This document shows positions 39,031 through 47,843 of a stretch of DNA of 64,000 bases, in pieces (position 1 is the stretch's first letter; each line of letters starts with the position of its first letter). Source of the DNA: an uncultured Bacteroidaceae bacterium (lineage in GTDB: Bacteria > Bacillota > Clostridia > Christensenellales > CAG-917). The notes beneath the pieces were generated by a model. That model worked only from the letters and a program-made list of their open reading frames with translations. It did not search any database and was not told the DNA's origin. The stretch covers positions 9,416 to 73,415 of the forward strand of contig CAZWUI010000005.1 in assembly GCA_964637515.1 (NCBI GenBank). Direction: 5' to 3'. A program made the position numbers and the translations under genes.

Positions 39031-39462
39031 ATGATACAACTTATTACCGGAGCAAAAGGAAGCGGAAAAACAAAGAAAATCATCGATATGGCAAACGATA
39101 ACGTCGACGTCGCAAAAGGCGATATCGTATTCGTCACCGATACGGATAGATATATGTATTCGATCCGCTATCAAGTGAGAGTCATAAATACCGCAGTGCT
39201 AAAATACGACAACGAGTCCAACGTCCGTGAAGACGCCCTCATCGGTTTCATCAAAGGCATTCTCGCAGGCAATCACGACATCGAAAGTTTCTATATCGAC
39301 GGCGCACACCGTATGCTCGGCAGAACCGTTCAGGAAATGGAGGACTTCTTCACGGATATATACAAGGTCGCGAAGGAAACCGAAACGACTTTCTACTTGA
39401 CCGTCAGCGAAAACGAGGAGAATTTCCCCGATTTCCTAAAAAAATATCAGGATAACAAATGA
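39031..39462 (+). CDS. Small P-loop NTPase of unknown function
   Basis: 143 aa with Walker A GAKGSGKT at residues 7-14. RBS GGAGGTG. The stop overlaps the thrC start (ATGA at 39459-39462). Confidence 0.5.
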   Translation: MIQLITGAKGSGKTKKIIDMANDNVDVAKGDIVFVTDTDRYMYSIRYQVRVINTAVLKYDNESNVREDALIGFIKGILAGNHDIESFYIDGAHRMLGRTVQEMEDFFTDIYKVAKETETTFYLTVSENEENFPDFLKKYQDNK

Positions 39463-40934
39463 ATTATATCAGCACAAGAAACGCTTCGCGAGTCTACTCC
39501 GCAAGCGAAGCAATAGTCAAAGGGATTTCCGATGACGGCGGACTTATCGTTCCGTCGTCTTTTCCCGCTATTGACAAGGATTTCATAGAGAATTTCGGCA
39601 CTCTCGATTACCCCGAAAGAGTGGCGACCGTCCTGCATTCCTATATGGACGAGTTTTCGTATGACGAACTTCTCTCGTATGCGAAAAAGGCGTATTCGCG
39701 CTTTGACGGCGATCCTTGTCCCGTCACCAAAATCGAAGACGGACTTTTCGTGCTCGAACTATGGCACGGACCGACTTTCGCATTCAAGGATATGGCGCTC
39801 ACCCTTCTTCCTTACCTTCTCACCGCAAGCAAGCGTAAACTTGGACGAGAGGACAAGACGCTCATTCTCGTTGCGACGAGCGGGGATACGGGCAAAGCCG
39901 CACTCGAAGGTTTCAAGGACGTGGACGGCACCGAAATCATAGTCTTTTTCCCGAGCCAAGGAGTCAGCAAAATGCAAAAGTTGCAAATGCTCACTCAAGA
40001 AGGGAAAAACGTGCATGTCGTCGCAATCAAAGGCAATTTCGATGATGCACAAACCGCAGTCAAAGAGATTTTCAACGACAATGAAACAAATGAGCGCCTT
40101 GAAAAAATCGGCGTGACTATGTCGTCTGCAAACTCAATCAACTGGGGACGACTCGTTCCTCAAATCGTCTACTATATCTCCGCATACGCAGACCTTGTAG
40201 CAAGCGGAGAAATCGAAAACGGAGATAAGGTCAACTTCTGCGTGCCGACCGGAAATTTCGGTAATATCCTTGCGGGTTACTATGCGTACAGAATGGGACT
40301 TCCCGTAAATAAACTCATCGTCGCAAGCAACGAAAACAACGTATTGACCGAATTTTTCGGCACGGGCGTATATAGCCTTGATAGAAAATTCTATAAGACC
40401 TCGTCGCCGTCTATGGATATTCTCGTGTCGTCTAACCTTGAGCGTTTCATATTCGAACTCACGGGTAGGGATGATGAGAAAGTGTCAAAACTCTATTCCG
40501 CTTTGAAAAAGGACGGCAAGTTTGAGATTGATTTGTCCTTGATCAAGAGCAGTATCTTTGAAGCAGGGTGGGCGGACGAAGACGACACAAAAGACGCAAT
40601 CCGTAATTTCTTCGACCTTGACGATTGCATTCTCGACACTCACACCGCAGTGGCGGCAAGCGTGTATACCGACTATCAGGGAGAGACCGAAGACGATACC
40701 CCCGCAGTCATCGTGTCTACGGCAAGCCCCTATAAATTCGCAGTAGACGTTTATAATGCAGTCGCAGACGGCAAGGAACAAGACGTTGACAAGGCGGTTG
40801 AAAAACTTCAATTCGCTTCCGGACTCGAATGCCCCGCTGGATTGTTGAGTCTTAAAAACAAGAAAATACTTCACGACAAAGTCATAGAAAAAGGAAACAC
40901 AAAACAAACCGTCCTTGAAATTATGAATGCGTGA
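39459..40934 (+). CDS. thrC: Threonine synthase (long form)
   Basis: 491 aa with the PLP-lysine context GPTFAFKDMAL, plus ATSGDTGKAA and VPTGNFGN. Confidence 0.9.
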   Translation: MNYISTRNASRVYSASEAIVKGISDDGGLIVPSSFPAIDKDFIENFGTLDYPERVATVLHSYMDEFSYDELLSYAKKAYSRFDGDPCPVTKIEDGLFVLELWHGPTFAFKDMALTLLPYLLTASKRKLGREDKTLILVATSGDTGKAALEGFKDVDGTEIIVFFPSQGVSKMQKLQMLTQEGKNVHVVAIKGNFDDAQTAVKEIFNDNETNERLEKIGVTMSSANSINWGRLVPQIVYYISAYADLVASGEIENGDKVNFCVPTGNFGNILAGYYAYRMGLPVNKLIVASNENNVLTEFFGTGVYSLDRKFYKTSSPSMDILVSSNLERFIFELTGRDDEKVSKLYSALKKDGKFEIDLSLIKSSIFEAGWADEDDTKDAIRNFFDLDDCILDTHTAVAASVYTDYQGETEDDTPAVIVSTASPYKFAVDVYNAVADGKEQDVDKAVEKLQFASGLECPAGLLSLKNKKILHDKVIEKGNTKQTVLEIMNA

Positions 40935-40957
40935 ATGTGCATAAACAGGAGTTTATC

Positions 40958-41980
40958 ATGGAAAATAACAACGATAAAAACTCGATTGTGAAACAAAAAA
41001 CAGTTTACAGTGCGTTGAAACCGACGGGCGATTTGCAACTCGGCAACTATATTGGCGCACTCAGAAATATGGTCAAAATGCAAGACGAATACAAGTGCGT
41101 CTATATGGTCGCAGACTTGCACAGCATAACCGTTGACGTCGTTCCCGCAGAACTTCGTCGTCGCACCTATGAGTTTATGGCACTCTTCCTTGCAATCGGT
41201 CTCGATCCTGAAAAGAGTATCATCGCAGTGCAGTCGCACGTCCCCGAGCACGCACAACTTGCTTGGGTTATGAACTGCTACACCCAATTCGGCGAAGCAA
41301 GCAGAATGACTCAATTCAAGGACAAGAGCAAGAAAAATCCGGACAACGTCAACGTCGGACTTTTCTCTTATCCCACGCTTATGGCGGCAGATATTCTCTT
41401 GTATCAGACCGACTACGTGCCTATCGGCAAGGATCAACAACAACATCTCGAACTCACGAGAGATATTGCGGGAAGATTCAATTCCAAATTCTCACCGACC
41501 TTCACCATTCCCGAAGGCATCTATCCGAAGACGGGTGCGAAGATTTATAACCTTCTCGACCCGACCACCAAAATGGGAAAAACGGACGACAATACCGCAG
41601 GCGTAGTTTTCTTGCTCGACGACCCCGATACGATTATGCGTAAATTCAAACGTGCGGTAACCGACTGCGGAAACGAAATCGTCTATAGGGAAGACAAACC
41701 CGGTATCAGCAACTTGCTCACAATCTATTCCGTGTTCAAAAACGTGTCTATCGAAGATGCGGAAAAGGAATTTGCGGGTTCGAGTTACGCGGATTTCAAG
41801 TTGAAAGTCGGCGAAACCGTCGTCGAATATCTCCGCCCCATTCAAGAGAAGTACAAATACTATATGGAGCACAAGGAAGTGCTTGCGGAAATCATGAAAA
41901 AAGGCGCGGAAGAGGCAAGTCGTATTGCTCGCAGGACTCTTTCCAAAGTCTACAAGAAAGTCGGCTTTGCGCAAGTGTGA
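40958..41980 (+). CDS. trpS: Tryptophan--tRNA ligase
   Basis: Start MENNND (RBS CAGGAG, 8-nt spacing). Class-I motifs are PTGDLQLGNYIGAL (HIGH-equivalent) and KMGKT (KMSKS). About 340 aa. Confidence 0.9.
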   Translation: MENNNDKNSIVKQKTVYSALKPTGDLQLGNYIGALRNMVKMQDEYKCVYMVADLHSITVDVVPAELRRRTYEFMALFLAIGLDPEKSIIAVQSHVPEHAQLAWVMNCYTQFGEASRMTQFKDKSKKNPDNVNVGLFSYPTLMAADILLYQTDYVPIGKDQQQHLELTRDIAGRFNSKFSPTFTIPEGIYPKTGAKIYNLLDPTTKMGKTDDNTAGVVFLLDDPDTIMRKFKRAVTDCGNEIVYREDKPGISNLLTIYSVFKNVSIEDAEKEFAGSSYADFKLKVGETVVEYLRPIQEKYKYYMEHKEVLAEIMKKGAEEASRIARRTLSKVYKKVGFAQV

Positions 41981-41981
41981 T

Positions 41982-42842
41982 ATGTTTGGATATATAATTC
42001 CCGACAAGAATAATATGTATATTAAGGACTTCAACGTCTTTCAGGGGTTCTATTGCGGACTTTGCAAAACCCTTGCAAAAACGGGCGGTCCGTTGACTCG
42101 TCTTTGTACGAACTACGACACCACTTTTTATAATGCGTTTCTGCATGCGGTAACCGACACCCCCGTGACTGCGGAAGGGAAGTTTTGTGCCTTGAACGGC
42201 AAGAAAAAACCCGTCATCGCACCCGATGAATTGTCTATGAAAGTGGCAGACGTATCCGTGCTTCTCGTCTACTACAACCTTGCGGACGATGTGGCGGACG
42301 GAAAGAAAATCCGTGCGATTGCGAAGTGGAGATTATATCTCCGAAAACGTGCCGCGGCAAGACGTTTGCCCGACGTTGACAAACTGATGAAAAGGGAGTT
42401 TTCTCGACTCGCAAAACTCGAAAAAGAGAACAGTGCGAATATCGACGAAGTGGCGGATTGCACCGCAGTGCTTATGCGCGATATGACGAGGTTCCTTGTG
42501 AAAACGGACGACGATATCGACTTGTTCACCTACAACATGGGCAGGCTCATATACCTTATGGACGCAGTGGACGACGTCGAAGAAGATAGCAAGAAAGGCA
42601 CTTATAACGTCGTCGTGAACAACTACGGCAAATGCACAGAAAAGGCAGTTTATTTCAAAGAAAACGCAGATGAACTTGCGTTTCTGCTCAAATCCGCATA
42701 TAACCGTATCGTTGAAAGTTACAACAAAATGAACGTCGTCGTGGCGGAAGGAGTCATCTCAAACACCGTCTACCTCGGCATTGATATGCAAATTAAAAGA
42801 CTACTCAAAGGAGAAGATAAATGCCACAAGATCCGTATGTAA
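41982..42842 (+). CDS. DUF5685-like Cys-containing protein of unknown function
   Basis: 286 aa from MFGYIIPDKNNMYIKDFNVFQGFYCGLCKTL...NYDTTFYNAFLH. Starts 2 nt after the trpS stop. Confidence 0.6.
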   Translation: MFGYIIPDKNNMYIKDFNVFQGFYCGLCKTLAKTGGPLTRLCTNYDTTFYNAFLHAVTDTPVTAEGKFCALNGKKKPVIAPDELSMKVADVSVLLVYYNLADDVADGKKIRAIAKWRLYLRKRAAARRLPDVDKLMKREFSRLAKLEKENSANIDEVADCTAVLMRDMTRFLVKTDDDIDLFTYNMGRLIYLMDAVDDVEEDSKKGTYNVVVNNYGKCTEKAVYFKENADELAFLLKSAYNRIVESYNKMNVVVAEGVISNTVYLGIDMQIKRLLKGEDKCHKIRM

Positions 42843-43462
42843 TTTTAGGACTCGGTCGCGGTGCGTCCCAAGCGGAAATCCTCGAAGCGTACAAAACCAA
42901 ACGCAGTTTCTATTCCGCTCACGTTTTCGACGAGGGTGAGGCAGGCGCAACCGCCGCAAGAAAACTCGAAGAGCTTGACCAAGCGTATCAACAGGCTATG
43001 GAAATGTCCCACGAATCTGCCACCGTCAGCGGTGACGAAGAGTATTCGGGCGGATATTCCGACGTCAAAACTTTGATCAAAAATAAAAAGTTCGACGAGG
43101 CGCAACGTCGTCTTGACGATATGTCTATCCGCGACGGCGAATGGCACTACTATCAAGCCATAATCTTCTATGAGAAAAGTTGGCTCAACGAGAGCAAACG
43201 TCAACTCGAAATGGCGCTCGCAGAAGACCCCGATAACGATAAATATAAAAGGGCGCTCGACAATTTGAAACGCAAAATCGACGGCACGAATGCCTTCCAA
43301 AAAGAAAAGAGCGGTACGAATTACTACAACAATTCTGCGCCTCAAAAGTCGTACTCCCAAAACGCTGACGTTGCAGACGGAATTTGCACCGCTTGCCAAG
43401 CACTTTGGTGCGCGGACTGCTGCTGCGAATGTATGGGCGGCGACCTTATACGTTGTTGTTAG
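42821..43462 (+). CDS. J-like domain protein lacking HPD, with a TPR-like middle and a C-terminal 9-Cys cluster
   Basis: MPQDPYVILGLGRGASQAEILEAYKTKR...; the loop reads AHVFDEG. The tail is GICTACQALWCADCCCECMGGDLIRCC. AAGGAG RBS inside the upstream gene, with a 22-nt overlap. Confidence 0.65.
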   Translation: MPQDPYVILGLGRGASQAEILEAYKTKRSFYSAHVFDEGEAGATAARKLEELDQAYQQAMEMSHESATVSGDEEYSGGYSDVKTLIKNKKFDEAQRRLDDMSIRDGEWHYYQAIIFYEKSWLNESKRQLEMALAEDPDNDKYKRALDNLKRKIDGTNAFQKEKSGTNYYNNSAPQKSYSQNADVADGICTACQALWCADCCCECMGGDLIRCC

Positions 43463-43478
43463 GCACACGCCGTTTTTA

Positions 43479-44201
43479 ATGAAAAAAGACAGACAGCGGA
43501 TTATCTATGAAGTTGCGTTAGGCGGTGTGGCGGCAGGGATTGCGACTCTGCTTGTGTCCCTTTCCGTCGTCGTCAAGTACGGCACGATTGGATTTTTCGT
43601 CGCGGCGTGCGTTGCGATTATGATTCCGCTCTCTCAAAAATACTACTTTTCGTCCGTAGTGGCGTATATTGCATCCTCCTTGATTTCCTTTGCAATCACG
43701 GGGGATTTTTTTGTGGTGGCAGGGTACGTCGTATACTTTGCGCCCATGGCGATTTTGTCGGGGATTTTCGTTGAAAAGCACGTCAAATGGTTTATATCTC
43801 TGCCCGTCAAAGCGGTGTATATCAATCTTGCGCTTGCGTTTTTGTATTTCGTTGCGGGAAACATTATGATTTCGGAGGAAGTCATCGGCAAAATTCCGTA
43901 CTATGCCATTGCGATAGTGGGGACTGTCGTGCTTATCGCGATTGACTTTTTGCTCGGTTACGTCTATCTCTACGTGAAAAAACGCACCGAAAAGGTGTTG
44001 AGAAAACGGCAGAAGAAAACCGAAGTCGTTGATGACGGAAATCCGTTTGAAGATATGGGTGACGAAACGGACGTCGTTTTCCGAGATGAAAGCACTTTTG
44101 ACGGTGCTGCCGACGAGTCTATTTCGGACAAGGACGACAAGTCGAGCGGTTTAGACGATGATGAAAAATCGGATGATGAAAAGTCTCCGTTTGACGAATA
44201 G
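43479..44201 (+). CDS. Polytopic membrane protein with an acidic Ser/Asp/Glu-rich C-terminal tail
   Basis: 240 aa from MKKDRQRIIYEV, with about 6 hydrophobic helices. The tail is ...DKDDKSSGLDDDEKSDDEKSPFDE. The listed ORF start (43290) overlaps the previous gene. Confidence 0.6.
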   Translation: MKKDRQRIIYEVALGGVAAGIATLLVSLSVVVKYGTIGFFVAACVAIMIPLSQKYYFSSVVAYIASSLISFAITGDFFVVAGYVVYFAPMAILSGIFVEKHVKWFISLPVKAVYINLALAFLYFVAGNIMISEEVIGKIPYYAIAIVGTVVLIAIDFLLGYVYLYVKKRTEKVLRKRQKKTEVVDDGNPFEDMGDETDVVFRDESTFDGAADESISDKDDKSSGLDDDEKSDDEKSPFDE

Positions 44202-44310
44202 CAGACTGTTTCAAAAGACGGCAAGTTGAATGACGTGCATTGATGAATAAGTCGTCGTTTCAAAGGGAAAGCCTGTGGACAGATGACAATGAATTTTGTA
44301 TTTTGATTTG

Positions 44311-44649
44311 TCAATTACCTATTTTCAAAAACTCAACGCCCGCAAGGAGTACGTCCTCGATTTTTTTATTTTTCAGGGAATAGAAAATGATTTTGCCTTC
44401 TCGTCGCATTGCGACAATCCCCGCCGATTTCAGATATTTCAGTTGGTGGGAGCAGGTCGTTTGATTGAGAGAGAGTAGAGAGCATAGGTCGGTCACGCAC
44501 ATTTCGCTGATCGACAGGGCACATATGATTTTCGTCCGCGTCGCGTCAGAGCAGACCGAGAAAAATTCGGACAATTCGTAAAGCGCCGCATTCCGCGGAA
44601 TATACGTTTTGACAAGATTGGCGGTGTTTTCGTCAAGAAGAATTTTCAT
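44311..44649 (-). CDS. ArsR/SmtB-family metal-responsive transcriptional repressor
   Basis: 112 aa. Winged HTH with RTKIICALSISEMCVTDLCSLLSLNQTTCSHQLKYLKSAGIV, a CV-x-DLC metal-site-like motif. Confidence 0.85.
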   Translation of the reverse strand: MKILLDENTANLVKTYIPRNAALYELSEFFSVCSDATRTKIICALSISEMCVTDLCSLLSLNQTTCSHQLKYLKSAGIVAMRREGKIIFYSLKNKKIEDVLLAGVEFLKIGN

Positions 44650-44740
44650 ACGCTAATTATAACTCCCCGATTGGAGCGAAAATTTCGTAACTTTGTTTTT
44701 TCTCATCGCATATTGTGATAAAAAGTCATAGGAGCAAATT

Positions 44741-44911
44741 ATGTTTGAAGATAATTGGTATTTGTTTTTGCTCGTGATATTCCTTGCCTTTTCGTCGGAC
44801 GGCAATATGTCGTCGAGAGAAATCGCAGTTATGGGAGCGGTGTTATTCGCACTTTGTATGACTGCAAATTGTCCCGATGAGAATGAAAATCGGTGCAACT
44901 GCAATTCGTAG
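44741..44911 (+). CDS. Candidate 56-aa membrane peptide with a Cys-rich C-terminus (below the ORF-track size cut-off)
   Basis: AGGAG (44730-44734) plus a 6-nt spacer, then ATG. Sequence MFEDNWYLFLLVIFLAFSSDGNMSSREIAVMGAVLFALCMTANCPDENENRCNCNS, TAG at 44909-44911. Divergent from the ArsR gene. Confidence 0.4.
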   Translation: MFEDNWYLFLLVIFLAFSSDGNMSSREIAVMGAVLFALCMTANCPDENENRCNCNS

Positions 44912-45158
44912 GTAGGATGAAATCGCCGGCGTGAAACGAAAAAAACAAATTTGAAAGGATAAGGTTTTTTTTGTCGCAAGACACAAAGTTCTTGCCAAAT
45001 TCACGCCTATATGATAGTATTTTGCACCTGTTTTTTGGGGTTACGCTTTTTCGTCCGCCGTTGTAACCGTCCGCCGTTTGCAACACAATATATTCCCGAC
45101 TTATAATCTTTATAGATTATATATTTACTAAAAATCGTTTTTGGGATATAATCTTTTT

Positions 45159-46970
45159 ATGGTCGATTTCAAAGCAAAACTCAAAGACGTCCCCGACAAT
45201 CCCGGGGTGTATATGATGCTCGACGAGAGCGGTGAGATTATTTACGTCGGCAAGGCGAAAAATCTCCGCAAACGCTTGCGCCAGTATTTCGTCGATTCCG
45301 TGAAAACCGTCAAGGTTATGGCGATGCTCGACCACGTTGCAGATTTCCGCTATATCATTTGTGCGAGCGAAGTGGACGCTCTCGTCACCGAAAACAATCT
45401 CATCAAAAAACATACTCCGCAATATAACATTCTCTTGAAAGACGACAAATCTTATCCTTTCGTTAGGATAGATTTGAGAGAGAGTTACCCGACTATCGAC
45501 CTTGTCAGAACTCTCAAAAACGACGGTGCAAAATATTTCGGACCGTATATGCAGTCGGTGAATATCAAGGATATTTTCGACCTTATCCACACCGCGTTTC
45601 CCGTCCGCGACTGCCACAGAGATTTGTCAAAACCCTCTCGCCCCTGCCTGAATGCGCACCTTGGAAAGTGCATTGCACCTTGTACGGGGAAGGTCGGGGA
45701 AGAAGAATACCGTGCGGAAATTGCGAAAGTCGTCAACTTTTTGAAGGGTAACGATAGAGAAATCGAAAAGGTGCTCAAAGAGCGTATGATGCACTTCGCA
45801 GAAGAAGAAAACTTTGAAGTCGCTCAAAGATATAAAGAAAAACTCGCCGTCCTTGACAAAATCGTCAGAAAACAGGTGTCAGCACTTCCTAAAGACTTCA
45901 ATCTCGACATATTCGCACTTGAAACAAACGGCGTAAATTCTGCGGTGAGTATGCTCGTCGTGCGTGGCGGAAAACTAGTCGGCGGTGAAAACAACGTCTT
46001 TGTCGGTGCGGAAGAAGAATTGTCGTCATACCTTTATCAATTCTATACGTTTACGCCACCCGTTGCGGACGAAATAGTGACGGACGGTGTTGCGGATAGG
46101 GACGTGTTGTCCGACGGCGTGTCCGATATTGCGGGCAGAAAAATTCTCGTACTTGAACCAAAACAGGGTGTGCGAAAACAACTCCTTGACCTTGCGCATA
46201 CAAATGCGCGCGATGCTCTCGAAAAACACGGCACCGTGGAAGAAAGAAAAGAACTCCGCACCCTTGGCGCAGTCAAACAACTTGCCGAATTGCTCAATTT
46301 GAAAACCTTGCCAAACCGCATCGAAGCGTACGATATATCTCACGTTTCGGGGGTGGATAAGGTGTCGAGTATGGTGGTTTTTGAAGGCGGTGAGCCGAAA
46401 AAATCACACTATAGAAAATTCAAAATCAAGACAGTTGAGGGAAATAACGACTTTGCGTGCATGCGTGAAACTCTGCTCCGACGACTTGAAAGACTCAATT
46501 CCCCCGGCGAAACGGACGAGAGTTTCTCCACCGCTCCCGACCTCATTCTCATAGACGGCGGGAAAGGACAACTTGCCTACGCTCTCGACGCTCTTGCGGA
46601 AGAAGGGCGCACCGACCTTGAAATTCTCTCTCTTGCAAAGAGAGAAGAAGAAGTATTTCTTGGCAGTGCGCCGAAAGAAAGCATACTGCTCCCGAGAGAT
46701 TCGGTTGCGTTGTATCTGCTCCAAAGGGTGCGTGACGAAGCGCACCGCTTTGCAATCACTTTCCACCGCAATTTGCATTCCAAGCGTATGAGTGAGAGTG
46801 AGTTGAGAGAGATTGACGGCATAGGCCCGAAAAAGGCTACCGCTTTGCTCAAAAAATTCGGCTCGGCGGAAAACGTCAAAAACGCTACGGCGGAAGAAAT
46901 CGCAAAGGTGGACGGTTTTTCTCTAGATGGCGCAATGAAACTTCTTGACGCCCTCAGAAAAGGGGAGTAA
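45159..46970 (+). CDS. uvrC: Excinuclease ABC subunit C
   Basis: GIY-YIG domain (PGVYMMLDESGEIIYVGKAKNLRKR), UvrBC-interaction region, RNase H-like/endonuclease region and a C-terminal (HhH)2. The listed ORF starts at TTG 45141; the first ATG is 45159. Confidence 0.95.
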   Translation: MVDFKAKLKDVPDNPGVYMMLDESGEIIYVGKAKNLRKRLRQYFVDSVKTVKVMAMLDHVADFRYIICASEVDALVTENNLIKKHTPQYNILLKDDKSYPFVRIDLRESYPTIDLVRTLKNDGAKYFGPYMQSVNIKDIFDLIHTAFPVRDCHRDLSKPSRPCLNAHLGKCIAPCTGKVGEEEYRAEIAKVVNFLKGNDREIEKVLKERMMHFAEEENFEVAQRYKEKLAVLDKIVRKQVSALPKDFNLDIFALETNGVNSAVSMLVVRGGKLVGGENNVFVGAEEELSSYLYQFYTFTPPVADEIVTDGVADRDVLSDGVSDIAGRKILVLEPKQGVRKQLLDLAHTNARDALEKHGTVEERKELRTLGAVKQLAELLNLKTLPNRIEAYDISHVSGVDKVSSMVVFEGGEPKKSHYRKFKIKTVEGNNDFACMRETLLRRLERLNSPGETDESFSTAPDLILIDGGKGQLAYALDALAEEGRTDLEILSLAKREEEVFLGSAPKESILLPRDSVALYLLQRVRDEAHRFAITFHRNLHSKRMSESELREIDGIGPKKATALLKKFGSAENVKNATAEEIAKVDGFSLDGAMKLLDALRKGE

Positions 46971-46977
46971 ATACCCC

Positions 46978-47006
46978 TTGAAAATACGGGGAAAATAATC
47001 TATAAT
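46978..47006 (+). promoter_or_regulatory. Promoter upstream of murB
   Basis: TTGAAA (46978-46983), a 17-nt spacer, then TATAAT (47001-47006). Confidence 0.5.
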
Positions 47007-47030
47007 ATTCTAACGCTCATATATTATTAT

Positions 47031-47843
47031 ATGAGAATTGAAAAAAACGCAAGTGCGAATACCCTGTCAACCTACAAGGGCGGTGGGGTGATAAAAACGC
47101 TATATCTGCCCGAAACCGAAGACGAGTTTTGTTCTCTTCAAGGTGCGTATATTTTGGGCGGAGGCTCAAACGTAATCGTTGCGAACGGGGAAATATCTAC
47201 ACCTGTCGCATCTACGAAACTGCTAAACCGTGTATGGATAGACGACGGAAAAATTCACGCACAGGCGGGCGCAAGGGTGTCGTCAGTCATGGCGGAGGCA
47301 AGAAAATACGGATTGGGCGGTCTTGAATTTTTGGCGGGTGTGCCTGCGACTGTTGGCGGAATCGTGAAGATGAATGCAGGAGCGTTCTTGCACGAAACGA
47401 AAGATTATGTTGACAAAATCAAAGTGTCAAGTGGCGTTTCTGCAAAATGGATAGACGCGCGCGATATCCCTTGGGGATACCGCAGCGGTGTGGACGGCAT
47501 GGTTGTCGAAGTCGCATTTAGGCTTGAAAACTTGTCCGTGGACGAGTCGAAAGCAAGGGCGAAAAGGTGCGTGGAAACAAGAGTCAAAACTCAACCGCGC
47601 TTGCCGTCCGTCGGTAGCGTTTTCAAAAATGCGGACATGCCTGCCGGGAAGTATATAGAACTTTGCGGACTGAAAGGGAAAAGAATAGGCGGTGCGGAAA
47701 TCAGTGCGCTACACGCAAATTTCATCGTCAACGTAGGCGGTGGAAGTGCAAGCGATTTTTTTTCTCTCGTCCGCCTTGCAGAATACTCGGTGAAAGAAAA
47801 ATTCGGAATCACTCTCGAAAGAGAATTTGAGGTGCTTGAATGA
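47031..47843 (+). CDS. murB: UDP-N-acetylenolpyruvoylglucosamine reductase
   Basis: 270 aa with LSTYKGGG, ILGGGSNVIV, PSVGSVFKN. No obvious SD before the ATG. Confidence 0.85.
   Translation: MRIEKNASANTLSTYKGGGVIKTLYLPETEDEFCSLQGAYILGGGSNVIVANGEISTPVASTKLLNRVWIDDGKIHAQAGARVSSVMAEARKYGLGGLEFLAGVPATVGGIVKMNAGAFLHETKDYVDKIKVSSGVSAKWIDARDIPWGYRSGVDGMVVEVAFRLENLSVDESKARAKRCVETRVKTQPRLPSVGSVFKNADMPAGKYIELCGLKGKRIGGAEISALHANFIVNVGGGSASDFFSLVRLAEYSVKEKFGITLEREFEVLE

Noticed and set aside
40935-40957. Looked for a T-box leader upstream of trpS.
   Set aside because: Only 23 nt separate thrC and trpS. There is no room for a T-box, so trpS is read through from thrC.
41925-41981. Upstream extension of the DUF5685-like ORF (listed start 41925), and the similar extension of ntpB (listed start 21826).
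   Set aside because: Both extensions overlap the 3' end of the preceding gene. Family-typical N-termini (MFGYIIPDK and [14 protein letters not shown]) begin at the internal ATGs 41982 and 21904.
44912-45158. Looked for a Gram-positive SOS (Cheo) box CGAAC-N4-GTTCG upstream of uvrC.
   Set aside because: No match by eye. Only the CGTCCGCCGTT direct repeats are present, and these are reported separately.
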